Shown here in pieces: positions 51,860-64,000 of a stretch of 64,000 bases of DNA. The DNA is taken from the NCBI GenBank assembly GCA_030704615.1, contig CM060731.1:30690001-30754000 (forward strand), in the 5' to 3' direction. The notes beneath the pieces are model-generated. The model did no database searches, was not told where the DNA came from, and worked only from the letters and a program-made list of their open reading frames with translations. Source of the DNA: Takakia lepidozioides. Taxonomy: Eukaryota; Plantae; Bryophyta. The stretch's first letter is position 1, and each line of letters starts with the position of its first letter. A program made the position numbers and the translations under genes.

Positions 51860-53306
51860 AAAAGAAAGGGGACATAGGCCCTTTTAATCAAATTGAGTAA
51901 AAGTAGAGTCACATCAGTGGAAAAATAACCACCGTGGAGGCCGTGAGGACTTACTGGGGGGAAACTTCCCCGTGACCCTAGCAAATCAGCTAATAGAGAC
52001 GAAGGAGAGATTAGAGCCCGAGGGTGAGTGTGTGAAGGGTATTGAAATGCTAAGAGAGGGGTGTAGAACTAGGCGGAAAGAACAGACAAGGCAAAGGAAA
52101 CCCTGCTGCAACTATTGAGTAAGTTTGCAATGGAGCTGTAAGAACAATGTAAGCTGCTTTAGAAGCGAGAAACAGGGGAGACAATGAGGGGAGGCAGAAA
52201 GGCCAGCTAGAGGAGGGTGTTCAACTTGCAAGTTCGGAGCTGTAGATGCTGCAAACCGAGAGGTGAGCGGGTGGTGCTTCAGATTCAAAACTTCAGTTGA
52301 GTTCTTAACTTTGGAACTTGAGCTTTCTTGTGACGCCAGTTGTAATCAGCCTCCTCCCCATCACCAGGGGACCTCCCATTGAGTGGGGATGGAGTCTTTC
52401 CAGGCAAAGTGCATGTCGGGAAGACTGGTGCCGAGCAGGTTCCCTTTGCCCCAGGACTGCATGAAATCTTGAAACAGCTTCCTTCCTCATTATTTAGAAG
52501 ATCTGGAAATAGCTGCACATAACAAATCCCACGCTTTTCTCCCCACAGCCAACAGATCATGAACTGGACAGAGTGTTTGCGCCTGACCTGGCACCATGTT
52601 GAGAAGCAATAGAGACTGAGGAGGAGGGGAGGGATAGGAGGCCCAACCGAGAGTAAAACCCCAAGACCTTTCTCCAGAAACTACTCGAGAAATTGCAAAA
52701 CAACAGGCAATGTTCAATGGACTCTGGTTCTGACAGACAGAGAAGGCAGGAAGGATTGTCTTGGTCTATGGTTAGCTTAGGATTCTGTGGGTCAATTTCC
52801 ATAGGAAACCCGAGACCTTTATTGCCCTATCTTTCCTCCAAACGTCCTTCCAGATTTTGGCCCAGTTAGATTGGATGAACTGCAGATTGCTCCATTTTGA
52901 AGACCATCTTGCCATAAAGGAACGGGGCGGGTTGATGAGAGAGTAACCCAGCTTGACCTTGTAGACGAAAAATGGTGACTGTTTTTTGTCCATCCAATTC
53001 CACTCGTAGGGATCAAATTGCAGATCTGCCAATGGGCATTTGAGAAACCAGGTGAACTATTGATGGACAGCCCATTGAATTTACATCCCCTGCGGTGGCA
53101 AGGGGTCGGCATTTCCAAGCATATCTAGCACCTTGACATGGTATAGGTTGATCCGCTTATCCAATGTTATTTCACCAAAGTATGCGAGGTTGCCAACAAT
53201 GTCTGGTATGAAACCCAATCTTGTGGCCTCCATGTCATGAATTGCCAAAATCAGAGTCATTGTTACAAGATTGCCTTGATTAGATGTCATCCAAGCAGGG
53301 AGAGTG
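51860..53306 (-). mobile_element. 5'-truncated L1-like LINE fragment
   Basis: DLQFDPYEWNW...FFVYKVKLGY; VSGFLWKLTHRIL; CLLCLSEPESIEHCLLFC; 3' end resembles 37185-37220. Confidence 0.85.
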
Positions 53307-53964
53307 TGTCGTGCGCATACATATCGCTACACAACTACATCGCTGTCCAAAACCACACAACACATGTGCACACCACAAACTAGTATATCACTAGTCCACC
53401 ACTAGTCCAACCACTAGGCTACAACTAGTCAGTCATTAGGCTGTCACTATGCTGCCCACTATGGCAGTCACTAGTCCACACAATGATAAAGAAGAAGAAT
53501 ACAAGCACGAGCTCACAAAGCTGAAGCATAAACTCATGCATATATAACCTCATCACTCAAATATAAGTCAAGCTAAGTGCACCCCACGCCATGGGGAATC
53601 CACACTACGGCGCCATAGCTAGGCGCGGTGAGGCTCAACTCGAGAAAGATGAGCCTCCCACGCTTGTCGTGAAGATAACCACTCCAGGGCCTAAATCTGC
53701 CTTGACCCCTGGATTGACACTTGGGCCAATCCCAAATGTCAATATGTAAAAGCTAGCTATTTCCTAGCTAGTTTCACACTAGTGGTAAAATAACTTGACA
53801 GCTATCGTGCGCATACATATCGCTATACAACTACATCGTTGTCCAAAACCACACAATACATGTGCACACCGCACACTAGTATATCACTAGTCCACCACTA
53901 GTCTAGCCACTAGTCCAACCACTAGGCTACAACTAGTCAGTCACTAGGCTGCCACTATGTTGCC
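53307..53964 (-). mobile_element. Truncated 3' end (Y-X-Y) of a diverged relative of the 1232-13729 retroelement
   Basis: Starts tgtcgtgcgcatacatatcgctacacaactacatcgctgtccaaa; junction aacttgaca-gc-tatcgtgc at 53792-53810; segment repeated at 53803-53964. Confidence 0.9.
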
Positions 53965-54715
53965 AGGGCTGCCAGGCTTGCACATGCATTGCAAATGCAC
54001 ACAAACGTGATGTGGTTGGGCTTCACCCCTTCCCCCATCACTTGATCATAGATCTCCAAAGCCTCCATACCAAGTCACTGCTGTGCATACCCTGCAAGCA
54101 TTGCGTCCCATGACACCACATCTCGTTCAACCATAGACTTGTTGAAAACTCCCTTCGCATCCTTAATGCACCCACATTTCGCATACACCACCAGGGCAGG
54201 GTTCAGAATGACATCTGGTACAATTCCAGCTTTGACGATGTTACCATGGACCTCTTTCCCCTTTTCCAGAGCTCCCCTGCTTACACACATTGCAAACACA
54301 AACAAATGTGATGTGGTTGGGCTTCACCCCTTTGCGCATCATTTGCTCATAGGTCTCTAAAAGCATTCCTACCACACCCATGCTTGGTAAATCCTGCCAA
54401 CATTATATTCCACGTGATCAAAGATCGTTGAGGCATTCTGTTGAACACTTGGTGAGCATCCATGATGCTCCCACACTTAACATACATGTTGACAAGGATG
54501 TTGAGTAGGAAAACATTTGGTGTGAATCCACTGTAGATAATGTGAGTGTGCACCTACTTTCCAGCTTCCAGACCTTGAATCATCTTGATGCACTTAAGCA
54601 AGAGACAGACATACGTACCTGAATCTACTGAAATGCCTCCTTGGTTTAAAGTCTGTAGAGCCTCTGTCAGTCTGCCTGCCTCACAAAGCATCTTCACATG
54701 CCCAGAAGTGCCAGA
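53965..54715 (-). pseudogene. PLS-PPR gene fragment, same family as 16488-31800
   Basis: HTHIIYSGFTPNVFLLNILVNMYVKCGSIMDAHQVF; ALEKGKEVHGNIVKAGIVPDV. Confidence 0.85.
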
Positions 54716-55026
54716 AGAGTGGGCTTCTCAAGAGCGCGAAGACAACGAGCCAAGGAGCTGATTGTCAAGTTAGGATCACTTGGCCGGACTTTGTTCATGA
54801 ACTGAGCATAAGCACCATCACCATGGCCATGAGTCACCATTCCTATTAGGGATATAGGTAGTTGACCGAGACCAAATGTCATCTTGTTTGTTACGAGGAG
54901 CCGGGGCAACGCAATCTTCGAGTGATCCATCTTATCGTGTATAATACACATAAACTCCTCACCCATCATCGTTGATTCATTTCGCCAACTATGATAAAGC
55001 CTGCGACATGACTCCTGATGCTTCAA
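54716..55026 (-). mobile_element. Putative DNA transposase-like fragment
   Basis: FMCIIHDKMDHSKIALPRL...GLGQLPISLIGMVTHGHG...DPNLTISSLARCLRALE; recognised by pattern only. Confidence 0.45.
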
Positions 55027-55169
55027 ATGTCTCTCAAATTTCCTTTTTCTTCTATCATTACCTCATTGGCCCTTATTGTACAAATCTCTCTTCTTTGACA
55101 TGTTTCGTTATGTTGGGTGTCTTCAGGATAGGATGTGGTGTCCAAGTCAAAAACTCATCAGAAGTGTGG

Positions 55170-55836
55170 TTTTTCCAAACATATGTAGGCCCCCACGTCA
55201 ATCTTAGACTAGATGATGCAGATCTCTTGGTTAAGCCTAGGGGGTGGATAAGTAACAGACTCATGGATTTCTATTTGCGGTAGAAAATACTGCACCTTCC
55301 GGTCTATGTCAGAAATAAGATACAGATTCTTGACGGTTTCACGTGGATATGCCTTTGTGAGCACTACAACAAATATGGTAGGGGCGCTCCTTCTATTCTG
55401 CAGTGGATGCAAGCACGTTTCCCCTACCTTCACTGTGATGGGGTGGAGGCAATGATTATTCCTATTATATATGCGTACGTACACTGCTGCATGCTACCCT
55501 ATATTACATATTGTTGTTCTAATGTACTGCTATTATCACAAATGCATGCATGTTCTAACGCTGTTGTTTGCACTTGTCATGTGCAGTCAACATTGGAGTG
55601 TTGTCATTCTGGAATCCAATCGGTACCTTCATTTAAACAGTGTGAGAAGGTCACATACACACAGGAAGCCATTGTTTGCACGTTTTTGGGCACTTTGCAG
55701 AGGATTACAACCACCTAGCTATAGCTTGCAATGGACAAATGCAACTACCCCCCGCCTCTGGTTGTATCCCCGTGTCCCCCAACAGGCTCCTACTTGGGAG
55801 TGTGGTTGTTTCACGGCACATTACATAGATGTTTAA
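55170..55836 (+). pseudogene. Ulp1-like (C48) SUMO protease remnant, typical of Mutator/CACTA-class transposons
   Basis: GWISNRLMDFYLR; MIIPII; QHWSVVIL..YLHLNS; VPQQAPTWECG. Confidence 0.75.
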
Positions 55837-58800
55837 TTGAATCAAACTTTTTTACATCCACGGGCTGGAGGTGCAGGCCCGGTACGTTTCTGATTGTTCA
55901 TGTCCATATTGCTGCCATTCATAGTATGTCTTTCATTTATTGACACGGTGTTTTTTGTCCCTTCTCTGATCCTCATCCTGCGGTTTGTTTCTGCAGTCAA
56001 CAAGCATTGGTTTCCATTGCATGAGGTTGCCAATAAGAAGAAGCAAATTGGGGATGTTGTATTGCTGGAATTGCAGAGCACAAGCCATGGCCAACCATAC
56101 TCTATTGGGGAAGATGAGCTTGTCCCCGATGTGGTCCATGGCTACGCCACAAGACCGGCATGCTCATTCATGCACCGATGAATATTGGAGGGTCCCTTGA
56201 GGAACTTCTCTATGACATTTTAATACATTCTGCAATTGTTTGATGTATGATGACATTCTTTACTCTACAATGTGACGAGCCCTAGTCGCGCGCGGTCAGG
56301 GTGACGGCATACTAGCCTAGGGGGTCGTGGCAAGTTGCGGTGTAGGTTGGGCTCAACGAACCGCCTACCCGGCTGCGGTAAGTGCAAGGGTCCGTGGCAG
56401 CTATGGATGGATCTAGATAGTCTAACTTCCTACCGGCAAAGCAAAGCTTAACAACTCCACTTCACAGGGCGATTTGCGTTTCATAGTCCTATGTTTTGTT
56501 TATGGGTTTTCTACGTCTTTAATCGTAATTGCCTTCCAAGTCTTTGTTTATTACTACTTCCTACATGCCTGGACTCCCAACACGCTTATAGCCGGGACGA
56601 ACCTTCAAATCCCTTCACAAAACGAATCCCGAGCCCAGAGAGACGGGGATCATCTATCTCCCGCCCAATGCCTCCATCTAAATCCCGAGGTGGATGAGTG
56701 TCCTACGTCCTAGGAAGGGACTGGATCCGCTTTCCCAAGTAAGTGTCTCCTGCTTAGAGCGATCCCAAAATGCAACCTCAATGGTCAGTCCATCGGGTGA
56801 ATGCTAACAATTCAAACCTCTAGGTAATTCCCGAGGTCTAATAACAATGGCCGTTCCTTGGCCCAAGGCCCCCCCAACGGCCGGGTACTTGACTTCAAAT
56901 ATCCTCGGCGGAAGGGGGCGATATCGTCCTTAAAACTTGCGTTTCGAAGTTAAGGGGGTCTGGATAAAAACCCTTAATAAAGGCGAATTACCCTGCTAAA
57001 TAATAAAGACAAATAATTAAAATATTCCTACAAATGCATGAAATTCGTAGAAATAGAGAATCATCGTAGGGATGCTAGAGCTAACTAAATTACCCTCAAG
57101 GTACCAGGGGAACACCCTGGGAACGTCCCTTTATGTTGGGAGCATTGGGGAACCGCTCTCCACTTGGGAGCGCCCCTAAATTCCTACACCAAACCACTCA
57201 AGAACTCATTAGGAACTTAAACCATCACCGGGCCAGGATGAATGAAATCTGCCGCCCATCAGTTTCTCATCTGTTGCCACCCTGGTGTGTAAACAATGAT
57301 TAAACATTCAGTGGGTCCCAGGGTCCATTCCCTGCGCCTCTTCCACCTACTTCCAATATAATCTGATTAATTTATGCAGGCAACCAGCCTAGAACGAAGT
57401 TGAAACATGTCATCTGCTACCTTGTGAAACCCCATCAGGGATTCTCTCCTCCCTGTCTCTGGGCTCACTCTCTCTGCCTGTGGCATCTACCCGTGAGCTG
57501 TGCTTTCACAAACCCCAGAATACATATCAAACTCATGGCCTCGCTGGGGCCTATTCAATGGTTCCAACCATTTCTTATCCTTTGCTAAAACACGCCCTTA
57601 TTTTCATGCAAGAAGAATACCATGAGTGCATAAGAAATCAAAGGCATAGGGAGAAAACCTCCCTTAAAATACCCGATCCAGGGACCAACAGTCCCTGGCG
57701 GAGTCCGTCGAATTATCCAGCGGTTAACATTGATACCCCACGGCCAGCGCTACGTGGCGCGGCGTGGCTGGCCCGTCCCCAACGGGTAATAGGCAGGATC
57801 CGTCGTCTCTGCCGCTCGTGTCGTACCTGCGCGGGCCCAGCTATGGCGTGCCTGGTGCTGCCACGCAGCGCACCAGCGAGCGTATTTTGCTCCAGGGGTC
57901 AACTCCCCCCACGGGGGCTGCTACGACGGTCACCCATGCAGAAGAAGGCGCACTGCTATGCTGTTGCGGTGGAACTGCTGCCACTGGACGTGGGTGGACT
58001 CCATCAGAGAGACCTATTCTCCTCAAGGAGTGCGCTCCTCTTCTCTATTGTATGGGGACATTCGCATTGGTGTGGACGACGAAAACATGAAGATTTCCAT
58101 ATTCAATGGTGGTATGATTGAAGGGCAGGACATTGTGGTGAACATCACTAGGGACGGTACAACGGCTGCAATCGACTTTACATGGAGGAGCCCCATGACT
58201 CATGAGCTAGTTCTGAGAGCAGTCGAAGTCCCATTGACAACGTGACTTGTATTCAGTAGGCACAGGGCTAAAGATTTGATTGCACAATCAGCACAGTAGA
58301 CGTGCTTCAAATGCAATTCATGTGGATCAATAAAAACCTCATTGTGCCCTCTTTTTATTCTATTCTGTGTCCATCGTTCCGAGAATGCGTCATTGCTCAT
58401 TTCGTTTGGGATTGGGAGTGTGGGTGGATTTTGCAAGTGGCTGGTAGGCTGAAGTGGGCCCCCATTGTACAGAGCAGTACCACCCTACCATTCGCGAAAC
58501 ATTGCCTTTCAATATATAATTCTAAATAACATTGCCGAACCTCCTTCATCGGGAGGTCCTTCTCCCCCTATGACCGTGGCACCCTAAACCCTATTCCCGC
58601 GGACACTCATTTCCGGAAAATAGTGCTGCTCATGTTTTTTTCCACACTTACGACTCTGCTCATGGCTCATGCCGCTCATGGCTCATGGCTCATGAAATAG
58701 CAACCCCCCTGCATATGGGTGAACCACTAAAACCAGTAGAATGCATCATAACCATATTTTCAGCTTAGAATGCAGGTCAGTTGGAAACTCACACAAACCA

Positions 58801-59646
58801 CTACAAGTGCTCATTTTTCGTGCTTTCCTACTGTAGTGCAACCAACTAGCACAGTGGCAGCGGAGTTGGCCAAAGCAGTCCCGAGATGGCACAAGCACTC
58901 TGCGTCTTTCCACTAGCAGTCGTACCCGTCACTGCCATTGCGTGGGGACGACGCCACGCGTCGACCCACACACTCTCCACGTGGTCCCCGTGGATTCGTC
59001 TACCGGAAGTTGTGCAGTTGACTTCGCCAGTGGCTGTTGCGACGTCACATGCAGCACTCCAAGGGATGTGGCCGACTGCGATGTGGCGTCTTGGGCCCGT
59101 GGCCACGCTGCAGCATTGCCGCTCGTCGCGGCGCCGCCACATCGGCATCCACGTCCGCGTCCATGTGTCACCGCGCCCCGGGTGAGTCAGTCCACTCATC
59201 CGGAGGGAAAAGTCAAAGTCAGCCCAAAAGGTCAGACACACGGGCGGCCCGCCTGGTTACGCCACGTGGTTCTTCAGCATTAATCACATTAATCGCTGAG
59301 CAGTTGTTCGCGCGTCTGTGTCCTTTACCACTCCAATTATTGGATGTCCAACCCAACTACCACGTCTGTTGTAACTAGTCTGTTGTAACTTCCAGTCGAT
59401 CCCAGATTTTTGACTTTTACGACTCAAAATGAGTCGTTACCCCAGTGGTAAATGACACGAATGCTTCTAGTGCCCTCTCCATTCCCGGTGGGCGCACACT
59501 TCCTCAATGTCGCCCTGTGTAAATGCCTTCTGCATTCGACGGAGCGGGATTCGAGGATCGCGATTGCGTGAGCCGGTGATGGGAGACATTATGGTGCAGT
59601 TGGACTTCAGTGAAGGTACACGCAAGGTGACAGTTTCCGAGCACTT

Positions 59647-60132
59647 TTGTGGGATTCTCTTTGGGTGAGGCCTGCCAGTGGACAACAGTGGATACTTATT
59701 GTGCGAGATAGACCTGGAAGACGGAGTGTTCGTCTCTTCATCATGAGATGTTGTTGTGGCGAGTTCTGGAGGTCTTACTACCATAACTATACTGCACCTC
59801 CACAGTATTTGCTCCCGGATAGGGCTCTTGAGTTGCTCACTCACTCTTCTAGGCCAGGGAATATATTGTTGACACTAAGGGAGAATCGGAACAGGTTTGT
59901 CCTAGATGTTTGCGAATTTCACGATGCTGTGGAGGAGGTCCCAATAGGAGGCCTCCAATATCAGCATGTTTTCACGAACGTGACCTCTATAGATATCTTG
60001 TATCTTTATGTTCGCCATCTTAATCCAGAAAACGGCAATGCGCAGTGGACGACTACCGCACCACTCCTAATTCTGGACCTGTGGTTCGACGACTCGGTGG
60101 TTCGTGTTGTGGATGTCAACGCAGCAGCATAG
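59647..60132 (+). CDS. Orphan ORF (161 aa), probably transposon cargo
   Basis: Open frame with globular-looking composition; no family recognised. Confidence 0.3.
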   Translation: MWDSLWVRPASGQQWILIVRDRPGRRSVRLFIMRCCCGEFWRSYYHNYTAPPQYLLPDRALELLTHSSRPGNILLTLRENRNRFVLDVCEFHDAVEEVPIGGLQYQHVFTNVTSIDILYLYVRHLNPENGNAQWTTTAPLLILDLWFDDSVVRVVDVNAAA

Positions 60133-62935
60133 CGTGGTAAGGATCATTGTGGAGGGTGATTGGAGGGCACAGGCTCCGGGATATGGTAGTTCCACAGGTT
60201 TCTTATGCCGCACTGGTATTTCTGATGATGGAAGCTCGGAGAAGTCGCTGTACAAAATAAAAATTTGTGGTTGTCTGATGTTTTTATTTCGAGCGTCATG
60301 TCAATGTGGGCTTGATGTTGAGTTGAATGGGGTTGGCAAGTTCAACTGTCGTCTGACCCTAAATATATTACCTTGTCAGCACAATGGCTTGTGAGGGCTA
60401 CAATTTTGTGTCTCTTTCATGTCCTGCACAATGTTTTACAGTGGTGACGTGGAATAACGGCGCCGAAATACCTCATTCCGCATCCTAGACCAGGAGAAAC
60501 AGACCCTATTATCGAGGTAAGAGGACATAACACCGTCAATAAAGGCACGAAAAATCCAATTCCGCGGATGCCCGCTCATGAGCTCATAGGCTCATAGGCT
60601 CATGGGCTCATGGGCTCATGAAATAATAAACCTCTACATGCAAGCAATCCGCATGAAAGCCTCGCCACCCTGGAGACTTACTACATCGCTCTCATGGCAA
60701 TGTGTGCCTTGTGGTTTTCGTTATGGTAATATTCACAGGGGTCCAGATTGCATTGTGAGCCACTCATCGTCATTGGCCTTAATCATCACTGGAGCATGCA
60801 TATTCTGCACATGAGGACTAGGTCAATGCTGAAATCATGGCCAAGCCATATCTGCTTTTCTCCCTCACAACGAAAGATAGGAATGACACCCTTGGATTCC
60901 ATAAAGAGGGCTGACCATGGACATTTGCTACCTTGCTATGGCATCCACAAATGTATCAGACATGACACAGGGCCCTGCTATGAAAGCCATTCCACCAGGA
61001 CTACATTTTCCATGGGTTTTTCCAGTGAAGTGACTGTAGAGAAAAAAATGTCATTGTGTAGATGCATACATTGGTACATATTTCTTTTTAGATCGTTTTT
61101 TATCTTAAGGCAGACAGTTTAGGCATTGTACTGCCAAAGCAGGGCAGTTTGTGAGTTATCTGGGAATCGCTGGTAAAGCACGTAGGAATTTATATTATGT
61201 CTGAGACGACCATGGAGGAGCTCTGGCGTCAAAATGACCGTAGGGAGCTGCATCCACAGCGAGTTAGGCTGCCAATTCGATACCAGTAACGACAACATGC
61301 ACCTGTTTGAAACAATACATGGCGACTGTTCCAGTCCCGGATTGCGATCTCTCTATTCTCCCGCCTTTCAAGTCCAGTAGGAGCACGCGGCGAGGAGTCT
61401 TGGCAATTGGAGGAAACAATCTGCACAGCGATGTAATATCGCGACAAAGCAAGTGCTGCATCGGAGCAAACGACAAGTGAAGGAGCTTCCCAACGAAGTT
61501 TTGAACTCCTCAGCAATGCAAAGTGTGTAGGAGGAAACTCCAGATGATCTATGACCCAGTGGCAGGGCCAAAGACCCCCTGGGGGCACCACCAGTATTTT
61601 TACTGCCAGGAAGCGGCAAACTGCCTATATGGCGAAACTATGGAAACCAACCAAAGGTGTGGCTTTTCTTCCCCGATTCCCTTGAGATTTTGTGGGCAGC
61701 TACGAGCCATCTAATTATAATTTTTCACCAAGTTTGAGGATTTTTGAAGGTGATGAGAGACCGCATCAAATTATCACACCGGAGGCCGTTGCGAAAGGCG
61801 ATTAAATGGAATTCTAGTTCATCCAATGGATGAAATCTGGAAATTCGACCTGCAAGCTGGAGGGATGAAAAGACAACCTAGGCGCCAACTGGTCATCCAT
61901 TGGATGGATGAAAAACCAGATTAATCATTAATACCAAGGTTTTCCATCTGTGGTTATTATTCTATCGTGTTCTATCGTAGATTCATGTAGGAAATAATAG
62001 TTTAAGACTATCTTTCACTAGTTTAAGAGGCCCCAAAAACACAATAAAAGAAGAACAGACTCCTCTTGTTCTTCAATCTAGTCTCATTTCCTTGTTTTGG
62101 CCTCTTGCTTGTGTAGTTAGTTTTGAGCTTGAGGAGCTAGTTCCTAGAGAGTTGAGCTTGGTGGCTCTCTAGTATTAGAAGCAAGCATATTGAGAGCAGG
62201 ATAGTCCTAGCTCAAGGCCTTGTGGCCATTTGAGGCAAGAAGTAGAGGAAGCGCTCCATGAAGTGGGAGACTCGAGGACGAGTAGGAGTGTCGGAGGAGG
62301 ACCAAGCTTGAGTACCATTCTACCGAGCGATTTAGTGCATCCCAAGCACCATTTGTTTCAGAGGGTGACTTATCATACATTCTTGACCTTTGAATTCATT
62401 AATTTCATTTGTTGTTCAAGCTTTGTCCAAGGAAAAGACCTTATAAGCATTGTTTGCTAGAAATCTATAAAAACTAACCCTCTTTCAAAGAGGATGTGTG
62501 TGCATCTCTATGTACATGTGTGAAGAGCACAGGTGTGAAACCCCAGGAGACAGGGCCTTAGGAATCTAACCCAATTACGTCATGGAAGTGAGGGTAGATG
62601 TCCATTATTATGTTTAAGGAGAGGGCGAGCTTGCATGAAGTGGCGAAGCTCTTGTCAAATTTCTCTTTCTAGCTTAGTGACGATGGCCATATTGCATGAG
62701 ATGGCGAAGCTATCGCCAAAATTTCCATATTATTAAGATCATATCTATGATTCATAAGCCCCATGGCCATAGAGGACCATGGGAGGCGTTGCTAACTAAC
62801 TTATAAGTGGTTAAGCTTTTTTGTAGAGGGCTGCCAAAAAGGGCAGAGCCCAGCACTTAAGTGTCGGCGCCTTAGGCGCCTTTGGGTTGGAGGTCAACCA
62901 AGGAGGTTGCCTAGAATCGCCATGGAGTGGCACAT

Positions 62936-63466
62936 CTAACACGGGTGGCACGACCTGGGAAAATCGGAATCGAGGATGCGCAGGAGCCACGGACTCCTCA
63001 GACCAAGATCGTCACCCCGCTCGAAGGCATAGTGGCCTAGGATATACTCAAAAGCCACCAATGTTTCCACAATCGAACCAGTATCTTCTGTGTAATCTGT
63101 GTACCAGATAACAATGTCTCCCGATGTGGCCGAATACATTGCATAATCGATGCCTCCAAATGGGCAGTCGTCCCGGTTCCGGAAGCACGACATCCTTGCA
63201 AAGAAGGACCTGAGGACGACTTGGATGCAGATGACAATGACCTTGCGGACAGCTACGAAGCCCTTAGATTTTGGAAATGATGCGAAGCGGAAGAGCAGTC
63301 CGGCCTCCAATAATGGAGCATCTGGGTCCCACGTACCCACCGACGGAGGTGGAACGTGTTCATCACGCCGGCGGTGGATGAACCCATACATCTTTCTCAT
63401 CAACAAGTTATAGTTTGAGATCTGCCACCGAAGTCCATCCCCCCGGATGGAAATTCGGCGCCGCAT
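62936..63466 (-). CDS. Orphan ORF (176 aa), probably transposon cargo
   Basis: ATG-initiated open frame; no family recognised. Confidence 0.3.
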   Translation of the reverse strand: MRRRISIRGDGLRWQISNYNLLMRKMYGFIHRRRDEHVPPPSVGTWDPDAPLLEAGLLFRFASFPKSKGFVAVRKVIVICIQVVLRSFFARMSCFRNRDDCPFGGIDYAMYSATSGDIVIWYTDYTEDTGSIVETLVAFEYILGHYAFERGDDLGLRSPWLLRILDSDFPRSCHPC

Positions 63467-64000
63467 TTACATCGAAGAGGGGATGGACTTCGTCGTGTCC
63501 AGTGGCTATCGGCCCACCTGGCAGTGAGTGCCCATAGTTTGCATGGTAGGGTAGGAAACTGAAACGGATACATTCATGAAGCAGCCAATCTTCATCGGTC
63601 CAGGATCCTGTAGGGGGAAATTTAAATGTGCCCTGGAGTGTTTGTGAGGAATTGCAGCGTTAGCTTGAACTTTTTCCAGCCACCGCGCTGCTCCTCCTCC
63701 ATCCGGGAGCTGCTGTCATTGAGCGTACTCCGCTACTCTTTTTCAAGGATGTCGTGCCGCCGAAATCCAGCCGACTGCCCTTATCATGGCCACGATTATG
63801 CTATGTTCAAACCAGAATCAGGAGACATCATTGTCTGGCTCTCTGTTTTCACAGACGCTGCTGGAATCAAGCAAGAGTCTTTGCGCGCAATGGAGTATCT
63901 GGAGGGCTATTACTGCTTTGAGCGAGGTGAGGGCGAGGGTCAATGCGGTCCGTGGGTCCTGAAAATTGTTGACCTCGATATACCAAGCTGGAAAGGGATG

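Noticed and set aside
56271-57281. Solo LTR (TGTGACG...CCCATCA)
   Set aside because: LTR-like composition, but no matching TSD or second copy in the window
58800-58838. CACTACAAG...CTGTAGTG as CACTA termini
   Set aside because: Only ~40 bp apart, with no TSD or subterminal repeats
61950-62941. Solo LTR ending in TCTAACA
   Set aside because: Could not find a 5' boundary or TSD

Overview
Eukaryotic nuclear DNA, almost certainly a land plant and probably a non-seed plant (inferred from PLS/DYW PPR editing-factor arrays, NodGS, plant COX5b/FAX fragments and a Dualen-like LINE). The only clearly intact host gene is an 18-exon NodGS (amidohydrolase + type-I glutamine synthetase, minus strand, 39806-50691), which has an AT-AC minor intron. 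The rest is a decayed cluster of PLS-PPR(-DYW) genes with OSB-type PDF motifs, riddled with mobile elements: a 12.2-kb CACTA-like insertion holding an L1-like LINE and PPR fragments, other LINE fragments, a Ulp1-bearing transposon remnant and orphan ORFs. The standout is a 12.5-kb Ty3/Gypsy-type retroelement (1232-13729, minus strand, TSD ACCC). Its polyprotein carries a DNMT3-like C5 cytosine methyltransferase between protease and RT, and a PHD finger after integrase. Its leader holds captured COX5b and FAX fragments. It has no tRNA PBS but has a 17-nt self-complementary primer site. Its terminal repeats are split and permuted (X-internal-Y-X-Y) around a palindromic CA-gc-TG junction, which suggests a DDE integrase acting on a circular intermediate. 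A diverged relative with the same end architecture lies at 53307-53964. All calls come from reading the sequence by eye; no searches were run.
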